Positions 24,501 to 36,752 of a stretch of DNA of 64,000 nucleotides are shown here, piece after piece. The notes beneath the pieces were generated by a model that had not been told where the DNA came from, ran no database searches, and worked only from the letters and a program-made list of their open reading frames with translations. Source of the DNA: Camelus dromedarius (lineage: Eukaryota); the NCBI RefSeq assembly GCF_036321535.1, contig NC_087447.1, positions 34,970,001 to 35,034,000 of the forward strand, in the 5' to 3' direction. The translations under genes were made by a program, and so were the position numbers. Position 1 is the first letter of the stretch. Each line of letters opens with the position of its first letter.

Positions 24501-27500
24501 TCAGTGGTTCTAGAAGCCTGGGCAGGACTGAGTATGGTGTTCTGTTGGTCAGGGCCCCTGTGACTGTGTGGGCATGGTGGGGAGGTCCCTCCTGGCCACG
24601 TTAGGGAAGAGAAGAGCTGAATGGGACAGAAGCTCCCTCCTCATGTGAACAGGAATGGGCAGAGCCAGCCTTTGGCTCCAGTTCCAGTGGCTGCCTGGTG
24701 GCTGGCCTCCAGCAGCTCCAAGGATGAGTCACTGACGGGTTCTTGGGCTCCTGCAGCACCAGCCCCAGGGCACACGGTGGTTGCAGAGCTGAATGGTGGG
24801 GTGTGGGTGCTAGGAGAGGGATCATAGTGTTTCCACATGCCCCAGGTCTTTGCCTCCGTGCCTTACCCAGGTGCCCTGCCTTCTGTTGCATCTTCCTTCC
24901 ATATGATACAGCCTTTGAGGAGCTATCAGCCAGGATCAGGCACAAAAGCTGCCCCATCACCCACAAGCAGCTGGTTAGGGTTCAAGGACAAAGGAACTCC
25001 CTCCCTCCCTCCCAGACTCTCGCCATCTCCCTGACCTTGCTGCCGTGACCCTTTCCTGAGAAGCCGTTGGGCAAAGTGGAAAGATCACTTGATGTCAAGA
25101 AGGCCTGGGTTTGCATCTCAGGTCTGCATGTACCTGGCCAAGCCACTTGACCTTGCTCAGCCCAGTTTCTATGCCTGGAAAACCCCCTTCAACCTGTGCA
25201 GGAGGCAAGCCTGGGGCTCTGTCACTGTCAGCAAGCTGCCTCTGAGTCAGGGCTTCGTGCGTGGCAGAGCTGCTACCTCGCTGTGAACTGTTGGAAAACC
25301 AGCCCTTGACACAAGCAGCCGCCTCTCACTGGCAAAATGGGGTTGATGATGCTAATGTCTACCTCACAGGGCTGCCGAGGGAGCAAAGGAACTGCGTGCG
25401 CACGAGCACTCTGGGAGCGGCACAGAGCCTGCCCAGTGAGCTGGCATTCTCCCAGAACAAGACAGCGAGTGGAAGGGGAGGAGGGCAGGGCAAGGAGAAG
25501 GGCTGGCGTGGTCTCTAGGAAGGACCAAGGGGCCCCGGACCTGGGTGGTCCCTGTGGGCAGGCACTGGCTGTTCACTGCTGTGTCCACCAAACCTTGCCT
25601 GGCGCTTGGCAAATTATGTAATTGGTGCTCAGTCAATGTGTGTTGGACTCACACCTGAATGAGCAGAGACTGAAATCAGCCTGGTTCTCTACCCTCCAAT
25701 TTCCACCACCTTATCACAGACCTCTGCTCCCCACCCCAGAAATCAGGGGTCCTTAACCTGAGGTTCATGGAGCCCCTCCAAAATTACATGCAGAATATAC
25801 TCTATGTGTGAAAATGTTATCTTCTGGAGTGAAGAAATGTTAGATTTTTACCTGGAAAAGCTCTTAAGTAAGCCCTGCTCTGAAAGGTAGGCATTAACTG
25901 GGTGCTCAGTGAGTACCCATCAGTTGGATTCATGCAGCCCCCCGGGGCTGCTGGCTACCCTGTAGATTTAAAAACAAAAAACAGCCTCCACCTTTGTCTC
26001 AGAGGGGTGCGCACAGGGCCCCGCCAGCCTGCAGTTTTTATTCCACCCCCATAAGGTGCCAGGCAGTTAACCTGCCGTCTTTCATATGCAAAAGTGATCT
26101 TCAGGCATCATCAGGGGCCTGTCTTCTGAGTGGCTGCTCTCCTGCTGGGTGGGCCTCGCTGAGCCTTGCGCTGGATCTCAGTCTCTTAACCCCCACTCCC
26201 CACCACGTGCATTTGGATGTGACAGGTGGGAGTCGGGGCCCTGAACCCGGGAATACTAGCCGGATCTCATAATATCTGAATTCAGATGTCGGTGACCTCT
26301 TTTTAAAAATATTTTTTTCACTGCAAATAAATATAACATGTATGTGTATGCATACACATATATATTTATCTATGTACATACGTTCCTATTTTACTTGTTG
26401 GAGGAAATTTAGAATACATAAACAATGGGGAAAAATTCATTCTACTCTCACCCTTTCCAGAAAACTGTCATTACCGCCTGGCTTCTGTTCTTCCCATTTA
26501 CCATGCAGGACATTTATTGAGCACTTACTGTGTGCCTGGTGTTCCCTGTGTGGCACACTCCACAAGGGCCACTCACGTTAACATCTCATCCCCCACCTTT
26601 TTATATGCACGTTTATACTTTCTTAATTTTTAAGGCCAGGGAGATCAGACTGTTTTGTAACCTTGCCTTTCACTCCACACCATGGAAATTTCTTTCCCTG
26701 TTATTAAATATTCATCTACAGAGTCATTTCTAACGGCAGTGTGATGACGTTTTATTGCAGGCAGATTCCATGCTTCTCAGGCTGGGGTGCGTGTACCCCT
26801 GAGGGCAAAGCCACGGGATAAATGTAGAACATTTTCCTGAAGCATAAATTTGATTCGAAGTTGTGGGAGGGGGGAAAAGAAAACATTATTTTAAGATCGA
26901 AACAAGTACAGACAGACCATAGAGTAGAAGAAAGAGCACTTACCAATTTTAAAACAAAGCAGTGAAGTCCAAGGTCATGTGACTTACTGTTTTCCCCCAA
27001 AGACCCATGTTCCCTATGCTCTGAGGACGGCAGAAACATCTGAGAAGCACTGAGTTCTCGTTCAAGTCCCTCTTCTTACAGGTAAGGAAACTGAGACCCA
27101 GGGAGGAGAAGAGATTGCCCACAGTCCACAGCGTGTGTGTTACAAGCCAAGCCAGATGGCCCCTGGGCTATACCCCTCCCACCCGTCCACATTTGCCATC
27201 ACACATCGACTGCTTTTTCTGAGGGTGTGGGTGGAGAACTTGCCACTTGAGTAATCAACCCTCTGCTTATCAATAGTGGAAACACTTGGCTTCCTATGTG
27301 ATCCGTCCTTTAACAGCAGCTTTTCCTTTTTCACCTTGCTGGCCAGGATCTGAGGTGTCTGCTCATGTGATTAGTAACTGTAGCCTCCGTTGGCAAAGGT
27401 AGATGCCCTTAGACTGCACCAGCAATTAGATCTTTTCATGTAATGCTCTGTACGGTAAACATGTGTCCACTGGTCTGTTTCACCCAGCTGACTTGAACCT

Positions 27501-29527
27501 TTTGTAGACAGGAGTTATGTGTTATTATTATAATCTGACATTTCTTGAGCACCTATAGATGCTAGGTGCCACACCGAATGCTTCATCTGTAGTATCTACT
27601 GTCTTCATCACAGCTTTCCAATGAACGTATTTTTATCCTCATTTATCACTTACCACTTATCATCATGCATTCCTTTAGGAAATGTCTGTCATAGAATTAT
27701 ATGCCAGGACTGGTGCTGGATGCTGTGGACAATCATGATGAACAAAACCGATATGCTCCTGCCCTCATGGAACTTACAGAGGACGGGGGAGATGATATGC
27801 AACAGAGAATTTTTACAAACTGTTGTGAGTGTGACATAGCTCAGCATCCACCCAAGTGCTCCGGTTTGAACCCACCTTGACCACTTATTAGCTAGATGAC
27901 CTTGAGCAAGTCTCTTAAGCTTTCTGTATCTCATCTTCCTCTTCTGTAAAATGAGGATAATAGTGTCAGCTTCATCGGGGTACCACGAAAAAATGAATAG
28001 ATGAGCATGTGCAAAGCACTCAAAGCCGGGCTGTGCACACTCCAGGTGTGTTGTTTCTGCTGGTCGTATCAAGGAGAGGCGTGGGTTGCGAGGTGTGTAT
28101 GATAGGGGTGGACCTCCTTCAGGAGACAAATGGTCAAGTTGTACAAGATGAATAGGAGTTAACTTGGCAAAATGTGTCAAGAGCAAGGGAGGGGAGCAGG
28201 AGGTTGGAGGGATTTCCTGGCAGAGGAGACAGACTGTGGGCTCACCTGAAGAACTGCCAAGGAGTGTGACTGGAGCACAGCACATGGGGAGCCTTACAGG
28301 GTCAGGTCTGGGAAGGAGAAGCCTGGGATGGAAATACTGGTATCTCCAGGACCCGGCTCTCTGCCCCACACTATTGATCCAGGTAACGGGAGATGCTCAG
28401 TAAATACTTGTCACGAGAGCAGGCAAGCATGCAGACCACTATGTTGGCCTCACGTGGCCTTGGTTGTGGGTGTTCCAGAAAAGGAGTCCGCTATCCCATA
28501 CACACAGTGATATGTGCACTACCCCTTCCCCACCGTCAAGCTGTACACATCCATTTTGCTGGTCCCTCTCTTCTTGGCAATAAACTGAACCATGTGGCTT
28601 TGGGGAGATCCAACATCTGGGACTCACAGGTGGTGCTGCTGGAATCCCTCCATTCTACCAGCGCCTCAGATCTAAGCCAGCGGTGTTCAGACTTGTTTAG
28701 TAGTGGAACCTTGTGTTGAGATCATCTTAGAGGAAACCCAGTACGTGGAACGGTAGCAAACAGCTTCCACAGTCAAGGCCCAGGCACAGGGACTCAGCAC
28801 TTGGTCACAGCTGGTGCACCTGAGGAAGCACTGGGGCTCCGTAGTAAAGCACGGTTAGAAAACCAAGGGATGAACCCAATTCTATTTTTGAGCTACGGAA
28901 ATTGAGGTCCAGAGAGGAGGGGGTGACTCTCCCAAGGTCGTACAGACTCAGAACTGGATCCCAGACATTTGCTTTCAATTCTGCTAAGAGATTTTCCTCC
29001 GCATCATCCTGACCGACCCCATCCCCCCAGCCCAGTGTGGGGTCTTGGGGTGAGGGAAGGGCACAAGGTTGTGACCTTGTCCAGCCTCCTGTCCCAGTCG
29101 GCACAGCACAAGAGACAAAAACTCGGAGGGCACACGTGGGAGGGCTGTTCAGGGTCACGGCTTGGTTATGCTGCGTCTTTTTTTTTCTCTCTCTCTCTTT
29201 TAATTGAGTTTGAGGTGGTTGGTTTTTGTTTCCTTAAGAAATAGGAAAGAATGAAGCTGTGTAAACACCCCAATGTTAACTCCCTGAAAAACCTCCTGCC
29301 ATTTTAACTCTGTTACTGGAGAAATAAAAGAGAAATAATTTGTCCACCCACACTTCGCTCTTTCTGACGAAGGTAGGTGAATATTGCCTTGCTAATCGAG
29401 GGTGACTGCTGGGAGTGGAGCCACGCTGACTGATCCCAGATTGAGAGGAAGCCACGCCACCGCAGAAGGAGCGGCCCGCCCGGGTCGGTCGGGCCCGGGT
29501 CACTGGCTGCGTGTCCGCCTTCCGCAG

Positions 29528-29721
29528 GTCTCCCCCAGCCGGTAGGGATGGAGGTGCTGGACCAGGCCGAGGGGCCCACGGCCTCGCAGAGAGAGATGCC
29601 ACCACCCCCACTTCCTTCACCGCCCTCAGAGCCAGCTCAGAAGCCGCCACCTCGAGGCACCAGGAGCCACTCCCTCAGTGTCAGGAGCAGCCTGTGCCTG
29701 TTGGCTGCCTCCCAGTTCTTG
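29528..29721 (+). CDS. PTPN5: PTPN5 exon: proline-rich PR1 region (GLPQPVGMEVLDQAEG...PPPPLPSPPSEPAQKPPPR...AASQFL)
   Basis: CCGCAG|GT acceptor, TTG|GTAAGG donor, 194 nt, phase-compatible with neighbouring exons. Confidence 0.95.
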
Positions 29722-30260
29722 GTAAGGACATCACAGGCCTCGCAGGGCCTGGAGAGAGGGCGGTTGAGGGACAGCCTCCACTTCCTCCCCAAGATGGCCG
29801 TCCGGGGGCACAGGGGTGGGGGTGATGGGCCTTCTCGGTGTCCCTCAGTGACTCCCAGCCCTCGGGCTGGTGTGAGGAGAAGACTGGAATTTTGAGCCGC
29901 AGCTTGGATAGCAAAGCCGCTCACACTCTGACCTCAGAATCAGGAACATAGCTGGCCCCTATCTCCTGGTCCTGCAAGGGTCCTTCTGAGGACTCCCTGT
30001 CTATCTTTCATATGGGTACCTGGAAGGTGAGGGGGGTCTCCTCTGGGAAGGGCTTTTTCTTGGCTCCATGAGCCAGCCTTTCTCCAGGGAGGGTCGTGGG
30101 GCCGTCTCCGGGCACATGGTTCCTGGGCCCTTCCCTCAGCTGCACAATCTGGACCCTGGGGGCCAGGCTGAGGCTGAAGGTGAGCTTGTGGGGGGAACAT
30201 GGGGATGAGGAGCCCAGGCTCCGAACTCAGTGCACTGCCCCCACCCCCAACCCGCCCCAG

Positions 30261-30368
30261 CTCGCCTGCGGGATGCTCTGGCTCAGCGGCTACGGCACCA
30301 TCTGGTCACAGAATACCACAGACCTGGTTTCCTCTGGGCTCACCCTCCTGGAGCAGCTGCGACCCTCG
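30261..30368 (+). CDS. PTPN5: PTPN5 exon: TM1 and loop (LACGMLWLSGYGTIWSQNTTDLVSSGLTLLEQLRPS)
   Basis: CCCCAG| acceptor, TCG|GTGAGT donor, 108 nt, N-x-T sequon present. Confidence 0.95.
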
Positions 30369-30614
30369 GTGAGTAAGCTCAAGGAGCCCCAGGGTAGGAG
30401 GGAGTGCTTGGGGGCCTCCAGTCTCACCAACACCTGCATGGGGCTTCTTTGTGTTCACAAGATACTTCCAGGCCCCCGAAGTGCTTCTCCCTGTCTTCCA
30501 CCCAGACCAAGTCCAGAGTTTTCAGAGCCTTGATTTTGTCCCTGTTGAAACAGATGAGAACTCTGCCCACCCCTCTCATCAGTCACGCTGACCTGTTTGT
30601 CTGGTGTTCCCCAG

Positions 30615-30692
30615 GCCTGGCTGGGCATTAGGACTTGGGACATCCCCAGTCTGCTGCTGGTCTCTCTGGCTGTAGTCCTTGTCACCACCCTG
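30615..30692 (+). CDS. PTPN5: PTPN5 exon: TM2 (AWLGIRTWDIPSLLLVSLAVVLVTTL)
   Basis: CCCCAG| acceptor, CTG|GTAAGG donor, 78 nt, hydrophobic segment. Confidence 0.92.
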
Positions 30693-31177
30693 GTAAGGCT
30701 CTTCTTGATCGGCCTCGGTGCTCCCCTCCTCTGACCCTGATTCCCAGTCCCCAGCTGCTCCCATTTGACGTACAGACTAGATGTTCTGGGTAGGGCTGAG
30801 GATAGGGTACCTGTCTCTTTTCACCAGTGTGCCCAGCCTGCGAGGAGAGACACTTTCTTTCTCAAAATTGGTTTGCAGTATTCTCAGCTGGAGAGAGGGG
30901 CTGAGGCAGGGAGAAGACCAAAGTAGGAACCCTCTACCCCACCGAGAAGGCTTCAGTCCACAAGAAACTGAGGGTTGGGAGGGAGGGGGCCGGGAGGACA
31001 TGGTGGGGGTTGGAGCCTCCCGTCTAGGTGAGGGGCAGTGCCATGCAGACAGCTCCCAGGAGAGCAAGGCTGCTCCAGACAACATGAGGGGCATGGGGTC
31101 CAGTCCCGTGGGCACCCCATCACCCTGGGGGCTGCCGGCATGGTCCTAGGTCCATGATGCCATATGCCTCCAACTAG

Positions 31178-31419
31178 GTGTGGCACCTCCTGAGGGCTCC
31201 CCCAGAGCCACCCACCCCACTGCCCCCCGAGGACAGGCGCCAGTCGGTGAGCCGTCAGCCTTCCTTCACCTACTCGGAGTGGATGGAGGAGAAGGTCGAG
31301 GATGACTTCCTGGACCTGGACCCTGTCCCTGAGACGCCTGTGTTTGACTGCGTGATGGACATCAAGCCTGAGGCTGACCCCGCCTCACTGACCGTCAAGT
31401 CCATGGGTCTGCAGGAGAG
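31178..31419 (+). CDS. PTPN5: PTPN5 exon: PR2, RRQSVSRQPS phosphorylation region, MEEKVEDD (likely STEP46 start, ATG 31283), first half of KIM
   Basis: CTAG|GTG acceptor, AG|GTGGGA donor, 242 nt. Reads VWHLLRAPPEPPTPLPPEDRRQSVSRQPSF...SMGLQER. Confidence 0.97.
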
Positions 31420-32572
31420 GTGGGAGGGGTGGAGGAGGGGTGGGTTTTGTGGACCCTGGAGCTCTCAGCTCCTGATCAGAAGGACAGATGCCTGACTCTG
31501 ACTCCCAGTGTCCAGGACAGAGCTGCCCTCATTGCCCAGCCAGTGTAGACACATGCTTTTTGGGTCTGATCATGTAAATCAGAATGCCCCAAGGTGCATG
31601 CTAAGAAATATTGTTTCTGCACATGAGCACATAGGCGTACACGGGTGTACACGTGTGCACACTCGAGCATACACCCCTCTGGTTTGGGTAGGTTTCTTTC
31701 CTGCAGGACTTGTCAGGGCCTTTAACATGCTTGTGTTCATTGTAGATCAACAAGGGTTGTAAGTGGCATTCCTCAAAGTCATCTGACCACAGAACCCTAC
31801 TTGTATAGTGTTTCATAGTATCCCGCAGAGCACGCACTGGGAGGTGTCGACACCCCCTTTCCAGAGCCTGACTTGGTAAGCTACATCATCACATGAGTTG
31901 CCCACGCGATGTCATGTAAGGAGCACTAGACAAGGAGTCAGAAAACCTAGGCTTTTGCTTCAGTTCTGCCACCCGCTCCCAGTGCGAGCTTGGGCAGTTT
32001 TTGTCTCCTCTGTGGGACTCAGTTTCCCTTCTGTATAATGAGGGCTTTCCTGTTCTGGCCGTTAGACACTGAGCACTGTAGAGTTCGCTCAGTTTGCTCG
32101 TCCCTGCTGCCACTGTGCTGCCCCTGGGACCCCGCCTTCCCCTGGCTTCTCCTGGATGAGACGTCCTTGCAGACTGCCAGGCCCCAGGCTGGGATACAGA
32201 GAGTTGAGCCCTACTTCTCTGCTCTAGGCTCTACTGTCTCTGAGCTTCCCTGGGCCATGGCTAGGGACTGCCTGCAGCAATGGCAGGAGAGTGCAGGGAA
32301 GGGCTCTGTTGAGGTTGCCTTGCATGGAGCCTTTGGCCCTGGGCACTCAGTTTGCTGCTCCACCGCAGGCAGTAGGAGGCAGGAGACAGGCCTAAGCCTC
32401 CCAGCTGAGACTCGTGCCCCATGTGTCAGGAGTGATGCCGCCCCCACTCCTCTTCCTGGAGCCCACCTGGTTCCCACCCTCGTGTCTCCCTCCCTCATAT
32501 TCCTGCTCCGAGGCCCCTCATTCATGGCCCTCCTGCCTCTGTAACTCACTCCCCCTTTCACGGTCCTTCCAG

Positions 32573-32762
32573 GAGGGGCTCCAACGTCTCCCTGACCCTG
32601 GATATGTGCACGCCAGGCTGCAATGAGGAGGGCTTCGGCTATCTCATGTCCCCACGCGAGGAGTCGGCCCGTGAGTACCTGCTCAGCGCCTCCCGCGTCC
32701 TCCAGGCCGAGGAGCTTCATGAGAAGGCCCTGGACCCCTTCCTGCTGCAGGCAGAATTCTTT
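32573..32762 (+). CDS. PTPN5: PTPN5 exon: second half of KIM (RGSNVSLTLDM) and KIS region
   Basis: TTCCAG| acceptor, TTT|GTGAGT donor, 190 nt. GLQERRGSNVSLTLDM is the MAPK-docking KIM of the PTPN5/PTPRR/PTPN7 family. Confidence 0.97.
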
Positions 32763-35042
32763 GTGAGTCTCCCTGAGCTGCTACCCCACAGGGAAGCAGC
32801 CCTTTCTGCTCACATCAACCCCCTACTAGCAAGGCAGTGGAGCAGGGGACCCCAAACTCAGCGTCTGAGGGAGGAACATGATTTCGTTCTCAGCTCTCCC
32901 ACTGTCTTGGGCAAGCTGCTTCCCCTCTGGGCCTCAGTTTCTCATCTGGAAATGGGAATAAAAAAAATAGGGATGTGGCAAGGATTCAAGAGATGCAGAA
33001 CATGTGCAAAGCGCCCATTGGGTGATTGGTGTTTGCAACACTCCCAAGTCTTTATCGTCCAGGACTGTGTTCTGAAAGCCATAGAAAGCCTCTTCTGACT
33101 CTCCCATTTGCCTACCCTCCCCCTGCCCGACATCACCAAACATTGTTAGTCTTCCTTTGAAGTCTCTCCAATTCTGCGGCTCCAGCATAAGGTGGTCCTG
33201 ATCACCTCCCCTCTAGACTTCTGCCACAGCCTCCGGCTGCCTCCTGTTGGGCTTTGAGGGCCCCAATAAATGACACCCCTGTTTTACCTGCCTGAGCAAT
33301 CAACCAGTTAAGAGCTAAGGCATGGAAGATCACAATAGCACCTGCGTTTCTTTTTGATTAAGGCTGGGTTTAATGTGAGGATTACCTACGTAGCAGTAGT
33401 GAGCTTTCAACCACCGGAATGAACAAACTTTCCACTCACCCGGGGGGTGCTGACACATCACTGGCCCCACCCCATCCGGGTGCCCTCTAACTCTTTCTTG
33501 GTAGAGGGGCCAGGAGAGAAGGAGGAAGGAAGGGGCTGTGGCCCAAATGCCAAGTTCCTCCATCAAACACACTCATCACGTAACTTGCCCACCTCTGTGG
33601 GCAGGAATGGGCGGGAGACTGCAAGCACTGGGGGAGCGTCCCTCCAGGGAGAAGCCAGAGGGATGGGGAGCCCGTGTGCCCGCCTCACAGCCCCCCTTGC
33701 CCCAAGCCGCTCTGCTCCCTACCTGGACTAGACGGCTCACCCCTCTGGGAAGCCCTCCATCACCCTTGGACCCACCGCTCCAAATTTTCCAGAACACTGC
33801 TCAGCCTGCCTTACCTGAGTTGAGCTAGCCAGAGCCTCCTTTTTCAGCCGTGTGTCCTCATCCCTGCAGGGACCATTCACTGCAAACTGGGCCCGCCCAC
33901 CCCCCATAATCCCCGACCCTGGAGGCCTCTAGGAAGCCTTCCTTGACCATCCAGTCTCAGCTACCTCTGTGAGTTCCCACGGCCACACCTCCCCTGGAGG
34001 AAGGGGCCTGCATCCTCTTAGCATCTCCTGTTCAGTACATCAATATCGATTTTGTCCAGAGAGAAAGAACGCGGCCCCCACACCCACTCCATGGACGCTT
34101 CTGCACATGCTTTTTCTTCTTTTGATTCTCCCAACACCCTAGATGGAGCGTATTATGATCCTTGTTGTACATAGTGCATACTTAGTGTGTCCAAAGACAG
34201 TGAACACTGTAAAACCACATATAGTCAGGTGCTACAGCATGGGGACAGAGGGAGGGGAGGTGGAGAGAAGACAGGCGTGGGAGTCGTCCCAGAAGACCTA
34301 GGGGAGGGGCCAAAGTCTAGAAAGGATTTGGGGAGATGAAGAAGGGTGATACGAGTGCTCCCCACAAGTGGAATGCCGTGAGCTCAGACCTGGAGGCTAG
34401 ACGGAGAAGGACAGTTTGGCCACGGGGAAAAGACCGGCACAACCGGAGGGAGGGTCTCTTGAGAGCAGCTGGCAGTAAAGAAAGGCCAGATTCAAGAAGA
34501 CCTCCCATTCCAGACTGAGAAGTTCAGACTTGGAGCTTTTGACATGGAGAGTGACTGGGAGGTGCAAATACAACCCTGAGAGCCCAGGAGGAGGCTCCTT
34601 TCCTACTGGAGAATCAGGGAAGGCTTCTTGGAGGAAGTTACATTTACAATGGACAGAACACAAGATGATGAGGACGGGGTGGATATCACCACCGAGTGAG
34701 CAACACAACCCAAGGTCCTGGGGTGGGGACGCCTAGGGTAGGAGCACGGATCAGTGCAGCTGCTCGGTGTGGCTACAGCACAGGGAGTGCAGAAGGAGGC
34801 AGTGACTGGCCAGGTCACTTTTTCTCCTGTTTTCCTTTGCTCATCAACCATTTACTGAATGTCTACCATGCGCCAGGCTGGCTCTCAGTAAACAGTGATA
34901 ATAACATCTGTTATGCACTCAGCATACACCAGGACTATTCTAGATGCTTTGTATGTGCACTCACTCAGTAGTGAATGTTTGTTGAGTGCATGCACTCAAG
35001 CCAGCCCACAGCTTCTCACACCCCCGTGTCCTCCTCCTGCAG

Positions 35043-35127
35043 GAAATCCCCATGAACTTTGTGGATCCGAAGGAGTATGACATCCCTGGGCTGGTGCGGA
35101 AGAACCGCTACAAAACCATTCTTCCCA
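35043..35127 (+). CDS. PTPN5: PTPN5 exon: start of PTP domain with KNRY pTyr loop
   Basis: Reads EIPMNFVDPKEYDIPGLVRKNRYKTILP; AG/GT boundaries; 85 nt. Confidence 0.97.
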
Positions 35128-36609
35128 GTGAGTACTCACCACCCCAGGGAATGGGGGTGGGCACACCCTTACCTGGGTGCCCCTTCACCCTGAGGAAGGC
35201 CTTAACCCCAGGTCTGGGCCTCTGGAGTCATGAGGAGAAGGGATGGAGAGTGTGGGTGCCCAGTGAAGGGAAACACCCCCGTTAGAGGGCAGAGGACACT
35301 TCATTCCTTCACATAGCACTCTCCAGACCCTTGCCCCGGCCAGGCCTTGTACTGAGTTCTGTGGAAACCCAGAGAGAAGAAGTGGTGATGACAGCGGCTG
35401 CTGTCAGTGCATGGTGACTGAAAAGGGTTTTGCATCCTTTGTCCCTGCAGAGTGGGCAGATTTTAAAGAGAGGAAATTAAGGCTCAGGGAGGTTAAGTGA
35501 CTCATTCTGTCACACAGCTAAGATGTTCAAAACTGAGTTTCAAACCCGGCCTCTGTGACCCCAGAGTTGGGCTCTTTTGTCTACCTTGAGATCAGTTTGG
35601 CCAGATTGTGAGTCCTCTAACAGGCAGAGCCACCCCACGGGGGAATGAACTGCCTGTCAAGATAGTAAGCTCCCCATCAATGAACATATTCAAGCAAGAC
35701 TGCATGAGCAGTCCTCTGGAAGGTCTGATAGGGATTTTTCCCCTTTGGGTGTGGTTAGACCAGGTGACCTGATATTCCTCTTTCAGCCCAGAGGGTGTCA
35801 TTTTCAGGTAACTTTCATCAAGCCCCTATCTGCCTGTCACCCCTGCCAAGTTCTGGCCCCAGGCCCCAGGGCTAACCTGCGAAGTGGTTTGTTGAAAGCA
35901 AATCCCCGCAAACCTACTCCACTCAGTTTATGGAGTAACGAGGCTTTGAAAAAGCAGTTTTGCCATCAGCATCTCCAACAACATGTAAGATGTCATGACT
36001 TATTTTTAACTTTAAAAATATCGACTTGTGGTTGCCATGGTTACACAGTGTCTAGGTAGTTCCAGTTAAACAAAGCACCATTTAAGGCCAGGATGCAATA
36101 TTCAGGGCTGTTCACCTCTTCCCTCCTCTTGCCGCCTTCCACCCACCTAGTCCCACCTGGAGGGAAGGGCTCCAGTACCCCGCAACATAGAGCTTTGCTG
36201 TCCCCTCAGAATGGCCACTGGGGGAGTGTAGGAGCCAGGCCATCATTCCATCTGGTCCCCACTGGATTCCTGAAAGAAATCCAGCCTCCAACCATGCCCT
36301 GAGCCTTCAGGCTCCTGAGTCCAACAGACAGTCTTCTCTGTGGCCAGCAACCATTGACACTGTGCCCTCAAGAGACCAGGTTGGGGTGGGTGGCAGAGCC
36401 CCCCTTAGATCCATGACACCCCGAGGTTTGCTTTCTCATTCATTCGGCACATGTTTCCTGAGCCTGTGACCAGGGCCAGGGAATTCAGACATGACTGAGA
36501 CACAGACTCTGAGCACAGGGAGCTCACAGTCTAGTGGGGGAGACAGATCTGTGGACAGTCCCAGTACAGAGTGACCAGTCACCCAGCAGGCAGCTTTGAG
36601 GAGAAAATG

Positions 36610-36752
36610 ACGGCGGGCAATTTCTGTTCATTTTGCCACTGAGTCCCAAGTGCCAAAATAGTGCCTAACACATGACAGACATTCTGCATCGAGACAGGTG
36701 AATGAATGAATGAAAAGATGAATGAATGAGTGAAAAAATGAATGAATGAATA
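36610..36752 (+). mobile_element. L2 3' end with (GAAT)n tail; one of many L2/MIR relics (e.g. ~290-390, 770-830, 1100-1270, 2660-2780, 7465-7600, 11790-11900, 13440-13800, 27850-28030, 41150-41400, 60930-61250)
   Basis: Reads AGTGCCTAACACATGACAGACATTC...GAATGAATGAAT. MIR cores such as GAGGAAACTGAGGC and GTGACCTTGGGCAAGTCAC recur across the window. Boundaries are approximate. Confidence 0.65.

Noticed and set aside
27689..28369. Longest ORF (226 aa, - strand)
   Set aside because: It runs through L2 and MIR relics (IILILQKRKMRYRKLKRLAQGHL is a typical MIR translation) and has no gene structure.
32763..33098. In-frame read-through past the PTPN5 donor at 32762 (similarly past 35127) as a source of phosphatase-less STEP isoforms
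   Set aside because: The donors are strong GTGAGT and the extension at 32763 enters MIR sequence. I cannot match either extension to the known STEP38/STEP20 tails.
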